Source: Chiloscyllium plagiosum
Lineage: Eukaryota
Reading direction: 5' to 3'
Assembly: GCF_004010195.1 (NCBI RefSeq)
Contig: NC_057738.1
Span: 22,898,030-22,951,844, forward strand
Length of the DNA stretch: 53,815 nt
Positions 48,001 to 53,815 of this stretch are shown in pieces; within the stretch, counting starts at the first letter, position 1; every line of letters begins with the position of its first letter. The translations under genes and the position numbers were made by a program. A model generated the notes under the pieces. It had not been told where the DNA came from. It worked only from the letters and a program-made list of their open reading frames with translations, and did not search any database.

Positions 48001-48725
48001 TTGGTTACGCTGAATTGTTTTCCCACTGATTCATCCTTTGTCACAAAAAATAGTTTGCAAAGGATATTGCTCCCTGTCAGCAATAAGCTGGGGTGGACAA
48101 GAGGGCATTATGTACTAGAATTTTATTTTTGATCAACCTCCTGAAACTTGTAGATTGAAAAGCAGCTGCATACAACTTATTGAGAGGCCTTTCTTGTAAC
48201 ATTCCAAAGAATACTTGCAGCATGGATTGGTTCATAAATTTCCTTATAATTCTTTGATAGTGTTGTCCATAAAATGTAAAGGATAAGGAATATTCCGTGG
48301 TTTAAGTTCTTTATTCTAATTATGGAATAGTTTATAATTTGAGTACTCTGGTGAACACCACATGGAAGACTTGAGCTTCTACTGCTACAGGCTCCACTTC
48401 TCTTTGCAAAATCTTTCCAGGGGCCTTTTCCAGCAACTTGACAGCTGATCTTTGACCTTCTGGTCTTTGGAAGACCAAATCTTTCTATTCAGTTGGGCAG
48501 ATTCCTATTGAAGCCTGGCTATGAAAGTGGATTCAGTTTCTGACTGCACCTCTCAGACAGGTGGCCCCAGCCATCTTATAATATTTCTTTATAGAAGAGG
48601 ATTGGCTGTAGAGTAAAAATAATGTGAACGGCTAAGTAAATGTTGCTTACTGCATGTAACATGGACTTTTATTTTTAGGAAATGACTTGCAATTGAGTGA
48701 ATCTGGAAGCGACAGTGATGATTGA
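29945..48725 (+). CDS. EAF1: EAF1 (ELL-associated factor 1), complete spliced CDS: join of 29945-30047, 33759-33853, 40096-40232, 41487-41653, 46088-46372, 48679-48725 (834 nt, 277 aa)
   Basis: Six GT-AG exons in frame: MNGTAQP...[27 protein letters not shown]...[22 protein letters not shown]...[28 protein letters not shown]...[16 protein letters not shown]; adjacent to METTL6. Confidence 0.97.
30693..31700 (-). mobile_element. Old CR1 LINE fragment
   Basis: CR1-type 3' end plus the RT KF(T)DDIKIG-like segment near 31540. Confidence 0.65.
32458..32772 (+). mobile_element. HE1 / V-SINE, full-length and apparently young
   Basis: Intact A box TGGCACAGTGG, B box GGTTCAATTCC, V-domain, CR1-like tail and (TAATC)n; CpGs retained. 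Confidence 0.93.
33122..33304 (+). mobile_element. CR1 3' end
   Basis: Same 3' UTR as 7343-7485. Confidence 0.75.
33759..33853 (+). CDS. EAF1: EAF1 exon 2
   Basis: TTCCTTCAG|; (Y)[31 protein letters not shown]; |GTAAGT; 95 nt. Confidence 0.96.
34162..34191 (-). ncRNA. Minimal hammerhead core in a solo PLE family C terminal repeat (~34110-34194)
   Basis: Minus strand CTGAAGA-A-GGATC-ACTG-GGTCT-GAAA-CG-TC. Confidence 0.65.
34545..35352 (-). mobile_element. CR1 LINE with large internal deletions
   Basis: [11 protein letters not shown]...[13 protein letters not shown]...NYRPVSLTS...[10 protein letters not shown] / [15 protein letters not shown]; (TAGAACA)n tail. Confidence 0.9.
35508..36068 (-). 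mobile_element. CR1 LINE 3' end
   Basis: EVYKIMKG...[11 protein letters not shown]...FFTQR. Confidence 0.85.
36400..36863 (-). mobile_element. PLE 3' fragment, family D, with a 14-bp TSD
   Basis: GIY-YIG C-terminus like 20970-21330; TAGATTGGTTATAA at 36386-36399 and 36864-36877. Confidence 0.88.
36473..36506 (-). ncRNA. Minimal hammerhead core in the PLE terminal repeat
   Basis: Minus strand GCA-CTGAGGA-TGTCACCTAGACAGGGGAC-GAAA-CG-TT-TGC (stem I GCA/TGC). Confidence 0.65.
38030..38842 (+). mobile_element. Old CR1 LINE 3' part
   Basis: [25 protein letters not shown] and a CR1 3' UTR. Confidence 0.75.
38911..39040 (+). mobile_element. Solo PLE family A terminal repeat with a mutated hammerhead
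   Basis: CTAATGA-AGGATCTATGCCC-GAAA-TG-TG, followed by the family A arm and tail. Confidence 0.7.
39672..39800. mobile_element. PLE family D fold-back remnant with the centre deleted
   Basis: TAAGTTTGCTCGCTGAGCTGGAAGGTT / AACCTTCCAGCTTAACGAGCAAACTTA inverted arms plus a one-sided tail matching the end of the 36400 element. Confidence 0.65.
40096..40232 (+). CDS. EAF1: EAF1 exon 3
   Basis: CTAG|; [45 protein letters not shown](R); |GTGAGA; 137 nt. Confidence 0.96.
40371..40399 (-). ncRNA. Minimal hammerhead ribozyme core
   Basis: Minus strand CAC-CTGATGA-A-GGAGC-GTC-GCTCC-GAAA-GC-TA-GTG (stem I CAC/GTG). Confidence 0.78.
40416..40444 (+). ncRNA. Minimal hammerhead ribozyme core
   Basis: CTGATGA-A-GGAGC-GTC-GCTCC-GAAA-GC-TA. 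Confidence 0.75.
41487..41653 (+). CDS. EAF1: EAF1 exon 4
   Basis: TTTCAG|; [55 protein letters not shown]; G|GTATAC; 167 nt. Confidence 0.95.
42352..43167. mobile_element. Non-autonomous Tc1/mariner (pogo/Tigger-like) DNA transposon, 816 bp, inside a CR1 3' end
   Basis: TA|CAGAGGAACCTCGATTATCCGAA ... TTCAGGTAATCCAAGTTCCTCTG|TA; subterminal TTCGGATAATT repeats; no transposase ORF. Confidence 0.85.
44840..44867 (-). ncRNA. Minimal hammerhead ribozyme core
   Basis: Minus strand CTGAAGA-A-GGGC-TTAT-GCCC-GAAA-CG-TC. Confidence 0.75.
45082..45338. other. Assembly gap (257 N)
   Basis: Run of N. Confidence 1.
45398..45425 (+). ncRNA. Minimal hammerhead ribozyme core
   Basis: CTGAAGA-A-GGGC-TTAT-GCCC-GAAA-CG-TC. 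Confidence 0.75.
46088..46372 (+). CDS. EAF1: EAF1 exon 5 (Ser/acidic and Gln/Pro-rich region)
   Basis: CTTCCAG|; (E)[33 protein letters not shown]...[15 protein letters not shown]; A|GTAAGT; 285 nt. Confidence 0.95.
47378..47700 (+). mobile_element. HE1 / V-SINE
   Basis: A/B boxes, partly deleted V-domain, CR1-like tail. Confidence 0.85.
48679..48725 (+). CDS. EAF1: EAF1 last coding exon
   Basis: TTTTTAG|; (R)[14 protein letters not shown] then TGA. Confidence 0.95.
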
Positions 48726-49951
48726 AGTTCTAAGAAAATGGACCACTACCTCCACGATGACCTACCATGGAGATGACATTGCTGTAGAAATTTGCTCAAC
48801 CATTAGCTAGATTAGTTATTTTCTGTAAAAACATGTGCCCTTTCTGCAGTTTTAATATCAGATGTGAGTATTGGGTAATTAATGGAGTGCTTTTAACTTT
48901 AAATATATGTTTAGCTGGGTTTTTTTTTAAAAGTTAAACTAGAATATTTCAGTTTATTTATATATTTTGTCAGGTATTCCAATTTTTTTCTGAAAACTTA
49001 TTGATCAAAAATATTTTAAATGGAATGTATGTCAAGCTTATGTATTCAGAATTGAACAGACAGCTGAGTATAAACATTTTGATTATGTATAAAGGCATTG
49101 TTTACCTTGCATATTGCTATGAATCATAAAAGTTTATATATGTATCACAACACATCACACATTGCAGAAACTAAACAATTCTCTGGGAGAGTCCTGCAAA
49201 TACCAAGGTGTGTTTGAAGTGACTGATATTTAGCTGGTAGTTTATATTGGTTATTGATATGAATCTTTAATGGATACTAATTTGAACTTTAATACTGAAG
49301 TCTTTAGTAAGGAATATAATTTCAACAAAGACGTTCTTAATTAGTAGCAGAATTGCTCATTTTAAAAAAAAATTGTGTAAAGGGTGCTGGACTGGGTTTT
49401 AATTTCCAAAAAAGCCTTTTAGGCACGGTGATCTAAACATAAAACAACAATGTGAATGAAATCCATCTGGAACAGCATTAATGTCTTATCATTTAATGGA
49501 AAATGAAAAGCTATTTTAATTGTGGCTATCTTGCAATGTTTGTGTTTCCATATAAAATGGACATTTCTTACTGTTTAAGCAGTTCAATGAAAAATTCTAT
49601 AATCGACATCCATAATATTTTGTTTTTGAATTTCACTCACTTGAATATTTTTAATTTTGTGTGCATAAAGTAGAGAACATTACTGTTTGCGTCTGATTTT
49701 GTCTTCTCGCTGTTCACAATCACAGTCAATTATTCCTAATCCTAATGAATGGTTGAGTGATCTGCTCCCGGATCTCCACAAGTAACACTGAGTAACCAGT
49801 CATTGGATGCTATGGGGTGGGGTTGCTTTCGGTGATTTATCTTACTGTTTTTGCACCACTTCCTCCTAGCAATGCATCTAAGATAAGACCATCATCTGCA
49901 GAATATATGGCTTGTCCATGAATATCACTCTCTAGATTTTCAGCTGGGACA

Positions 49952-49957
49952 AATAAA
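49952..49957 (+). terminator. Candidate EAF1 polyadenylation signal (another AATAAA at 51755-51760)
   Basis: First AATAAA I could see after the stop, within AT-rich, repeat-poor 3'UTR-like sequence. Confidence 0.35.
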
Positions 49958-51099
49958 GTGCCCATGCATTGCTATAAAATGGTAATTGTTTTCCAAACTT
50001 GAGTGATTGTCCTTTCAACGTGGAAGTAGTGAAAGCATACAGTAATATCTTATTTATTTAAGAAATTCATAGTTAATGTTTTTATCATGATTGTGTTAGA
50101 CTGTAAGTCAGATACTGAAAGCTTTAGTGTGCCAAATCAAAAAGCCGTGAATGGAATAGCATAACTGTTGGTGTGAAATGTTGCAAGGTGCATTATGCTT
50201 TACTAAATACTAAATTTCAAAATGAAATGACTAATTGGAGGGAACACCCTTATTTCCTCATACCATTGAAAGGTTAGGATCAGGCTTCTTCTGTTGTTCT
50301 CCATTCACCTTTGTCTTTCCCTATCTTTCACATGGTCTTTTATTTTCTCTCTTTCCACATTAAATTGTGTCTTGAACCCATTTTGGGTGACTGTTTCCTA
50401 GCCATTTTTCTTTGAACTTATTCTACATTTGTATTGCCCTTCAAGGGGAGAATTTAGTCACACTTGCACTGTGTCTTCTGGACTCTGCAGACTTCCTTTT
50501 TCTAGAGAAATTAAACCTACTCCCTTTTATCAGTAAGATTTTAATAACAAGTGTTTCTCTATCTTCCTAAATGTCATAATATTGTTCCAGTGATCACAGG
50601 AACTGTACCATGGATAACTTTATTGAAGAGACTGGCAAATCTAAAGTTATTGATCAATGTAATCTTATGTCATTTTTGCAATAGCCATAAATGGATTCAC
50701 AAATTTATCTTTATTCAGCCATGATGTCTTTTGTTCATTAAAATTTAAATGTCTAACTAGTGCCAGTGACAAATGCATGTTAATTTCACCACTAAGGCAG
50801 GATTAGTATTTAAAGTAATATCTCAGGATGAGACCAAGTAGGTTAATAAGCATTGCTTATCCATATTTATTGTGTTTATTTCTTAGTTTTACCCAACACA
50901 ATGAGGGTTACACTAAAATGGAGTAAGTATCTGTGTCGGTTTGAAAACTAAAGATTGAATAGGTTTACTGTTTTAATTATGTGTCCTGACTGTTAAGTCC
51001 TGATTGGGCTGTAGGTAAGCATAAGCTATCCTTACAAAATATTTAAAACATTTAGAGTAACTTTTATACTTTGCAGATTTAAAAAATGTTAATCTTTTA

Positions 51100-51552
51100 C
51101 TAGAATCATGCAGTATGAAAACAGACCCTTTGGTCCAATTAGTCCACGCCAACAATGTTCCCAAACTAAACTAATCCCACTTGCTTGCATTTGGCCAATA
51201 TTCTCCCAAACCTTTCTTATTTGTGTACTTATCCAAAAGTCTTTTAAATGTTGTAACTGTACCTACATACACTATTTTCTCTGGCAGTTCATTCCACACA
51301 CGAACCATTCTGTGAAAAATGTTGCTCCTCATGTCCTTTTATAAATCTTTCTCCTTGCACCTTAAAAATATGCCCCTTAGTTTTGAACTCACCTGCATAA
51401 GGAAAACACACTTATTACTCAGCTTATCTATGCCCCTCATGATTTTATGAACCTTTCTAAAGCTACCTGTCAATCTCCTATGCTTCAGTGGAAAAAGTCT
51501 CAGCTATCCAGCCTACTCAAACCCTGCACTCCTGGCAACATTCTGGTGAATC
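51100..51552 (-). mobile_element. CR1 3' end
   Basis: Same family as 383-790. Confidence 0.75.
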
Positions 51553-51554
51553 CA

Positions 51555-51703
51555 CACCAAAAGAGCTGTGGATGCTGCACATTGCTGGAAAAACTCAGCA
51601 GGCATGGCTGCATCTGAGAGAGAAATCAGAGTTAACGTTTTGGGTCCAAACGTTAACTCTGATTCCTCTTCACAGATGTCACACTTGCTGAGTTTTTCTG
51701 GTA
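51555..51703. mobile_element. PLE family C fold-back remnant with the ribozyme core deleted
   Basis: AATCAGAGTTAACGTTT...AAACGTTAACTCTGATT inverted arms extending to GAAAAACTCAGCA / TGCTGAGTTTTTC. Confidence 0.65.
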
Positions 51704-52497
51704 AAATTGCACAAATTTAAACCGGATACTTGAATAATTTGATTCACTTCACTAAATAAATTTATGTGTTGTATTCAGAGTATAAGCAAGTTGATAATGA
51801 TGGTTGTGACTTGTGATCTTTGTTTATCCATTTTAAATGTGCAGCTGGTTTTTAAAAAAGACAAATCAGTAGTTACCCTATTAAACGGTTGATTTAGCAG
51901 CTCACATTATACATTCTTAGAATATATTGAGCACTGCTAACAAAAAACATTTTGTCAAATCTTTTTGATCTTGCACTCATCAGGACAGTTCACAAGAATT
52001 AGCAATTTGAGGGAACGTGACATTTCTACTGTATGCAATACATTGGTTTGCAAGTGAACTCTGATTAGCAGAGGTGTTGCTATGGATAATGCAACAGTTG
52101 CTGATTGACAGTTAACTGCCAGTGTTTGAAATTTAAATCCAAGCAAGGTGACTTATTAATCAAGGCATTGCCTTGAGAAATGAACCAAAGAAAAATAATT
52201 TTGGATAGCTATGCAAAGTTGACTGTAGTTTGCATGGTACTAGGATCCACATATTAATCAAATTGGGTAAGGATTTGGTTATAGCTTTGTGATTAGAAAG
52301 AGATTTTTATATTTTTAAACTGTTCAAAACTGTTCAAATTCTCCAGCTATAAGGGTAGCAATTAAAATGCCTATAAATAGTTTAATAACCATATTTAAGT
52401 TACAGCAGGAATGCAAATCAAAGACATACAGGGTAATTGGTTATAAAACTAACACCTTGTGGTCCTGAAATATGTTATGTAAGTTCAAATATGTAGA

Positions 52498-52890
52498 CTT
52501 ATAGAGATAGACAGCATGGAAAGACCATTTGGTCCAACTCATCCATGCCAACCAGGTATAGAGTCATAAAGATGTACAGCATAGAAACAGACCCTTTGGT
52601 CCAACCTGTCCATCCTAACTTAACCTACTCCCATTTGTCAGCACTTGGCTCATTGCCCTCTAAACCCTTTCTATTCATGTACCCATCCAGATGCCTATTA
52701 AATATTGTAATTGTACCAGCCAACACCACTTCCTCTGACTGCTCCTTCTATACACGCACCACCCTTTGCGTGGAAAAAGTTACCTGTTAGGTCCCGTCTA
52801 AATCTTCCCTCTCTCGCTTTAAATCTATGCCCACTAATTCTGGACTCCCCCCGCCCCAGGGAAAAGACCATATCCATTTATCCATCTTAC
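52498..52890 (-). mobile_element. CR1 3' end with a tandemly repeated terminus
   Basis: Two successive copies of the ATAGAG...ACAGCAT..AAA..GACC.TTTGGTCCAAC terminus. Confidence 0.75.
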
Positions 52891-53029
52891 ATTTAAACTT
52901 GAAATTTATTTGCGTCTTCAGACAAAACATCCAGCCCCTGTAGAAACCCAAAGGACAACTGACTCCAAAATGAACGTGCAACAACGTTGCTGTATCGTAA
53001 TTCCGAGAATACTGAGCACACGTGCAATA

Positions 53030-53800
53030 ATACAGCCGCCGGGTGTGTTTTGGGAGTTCGGCTCCCCGCCTCGCTGCCATTCGGATTGGCTGGCGGCGTG
53101 GAGGAGCGTGAGGAACGCAGTGCGGCGGCAGCTTACAGTGACGGAGCTGCACATCGTCCGTACCTCAAGCGGCCATTCCCTTCCCCCACCCCACAGGCCG
53201 CAGAGCGAAAACAAAGAGCGGGGCGCGCGCCATGGGCCGCGCTCTCCTTTGAGGCCGATGCAGCGACAGAGATCGCGCCTGAGACGAACGGACCGGAGTG
53301 ACTCGTAAACGCACCACCGCATCCATCACCCCCCGGCCCCCACACCGGAGGAGGAGGCGGCGGGCGGCCATGGAATTCCAGCAGTTCGTCGACATCGCGG
53401 ACAAGTGGTGCTACAACACCCCGTTCGAGCTGATCGCCACCGAGGAGGCCGAGAGCCGGCTGGATTTCTACGCGGATCCCGGAGTTTCCTTCTACGTGCT
53501 GTGCCCGGACAGCGATTTCAGGGATAATTTCGTGAGTGAGCGAGAGCCCCTGCATTTCCCCCCTGGGAGCTATATCTTCCCTCTATCCCTTCCCGCTGCT
53601 CCCGGTAGGAATTCGGGCTTGTCCTTGCTGCGACACTTCGCGAGTCCACGGGCTATCGGGCCCCTCCGTCCGACACCTCCCCCTCATCCTCATCCCTCAT
53701 CCTCATCTTCTTTTACCCTCGAATCTCTCCCCCCCGCCTCCCCCAATCAGAAATCCACCCGAGGGACTCCGCGGCCGACCCGTTGACTCTAATTTCCATT
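53030..53800. promoter_or_regulatory. CpG island / MTURN promoter and exon 1
   Basis: GC/CpG-rich block with an inverted CCAAT (ATTGG ~53085) upstream of the ATG. Confidence 0.8.
53370..53531 (+). CDS. MTURN: Maturin, coding exon 1 (gene continues beyond the window)
   Basis: GGCGGCCATGG Kozak context; MEFQQFVDIADKWCYNTPFELIATEEAESRLDFYADPGVSFYVLCPDSDFRDNF matches the recalled maturin N-terminus; donor TTC|GTGAGT; 162 nt. Confidence 0.94.
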
Positions 53801-53815
53801 CCACCCTTTATCGTT

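Noticed and set aside
48350-48575. Possible second Harbinger Myb-like relic on the minus strand
   Set aside because: Needs several frameshifts and the similarity is too weak to support.
52787-53786. Several 100-160 aa ORFs around the MTURN promoter
   Set aside because: CpG-island artefacts; only 53370-53531 matches a known protein and ends at a splice donor.

Overview
Vertebrate genomic DNA, most likely from a shark (inferred from HE1/V-SINE, SacSINE-like, CR1, RTE and Penelope repeats), with two N-gaps. It holds a complete METTL6 gene on the minus strand (5 coding exons, 24490->15420, 316 aa, or 277 aa from the internal ATG) head-to-head with a complete EAF1 gene on the plus strand (6 coding exons, 29945->48725, 277 aa) across a CpG-island bidirectional promoter. 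The first coding exon of MTURN follows in a second CpG island (53370-53531). Introns and intergenic DNA are nested transposon relics. The most striking non-genic signal is a set of at least four Penelope-like retroelement (PLE) terminal-repeat families carrying minimal hammerhead ribozyme cores (CUGANGA-stem II-GAAA-NN-UH). Several occur as ~200-nt non-coding fold-back mini-elements with a ~35-nt one-sided tail and 12-17 bp target-site duplications. Also present: an unidentified 65-codon open frame captured inside a PLE, a retroviral-type integrase relic, a Harbinger Myb-like relic and a pogo/Tigger-type MITE. All family names and ortholog comparisons are from recall of motifs, not database searches.
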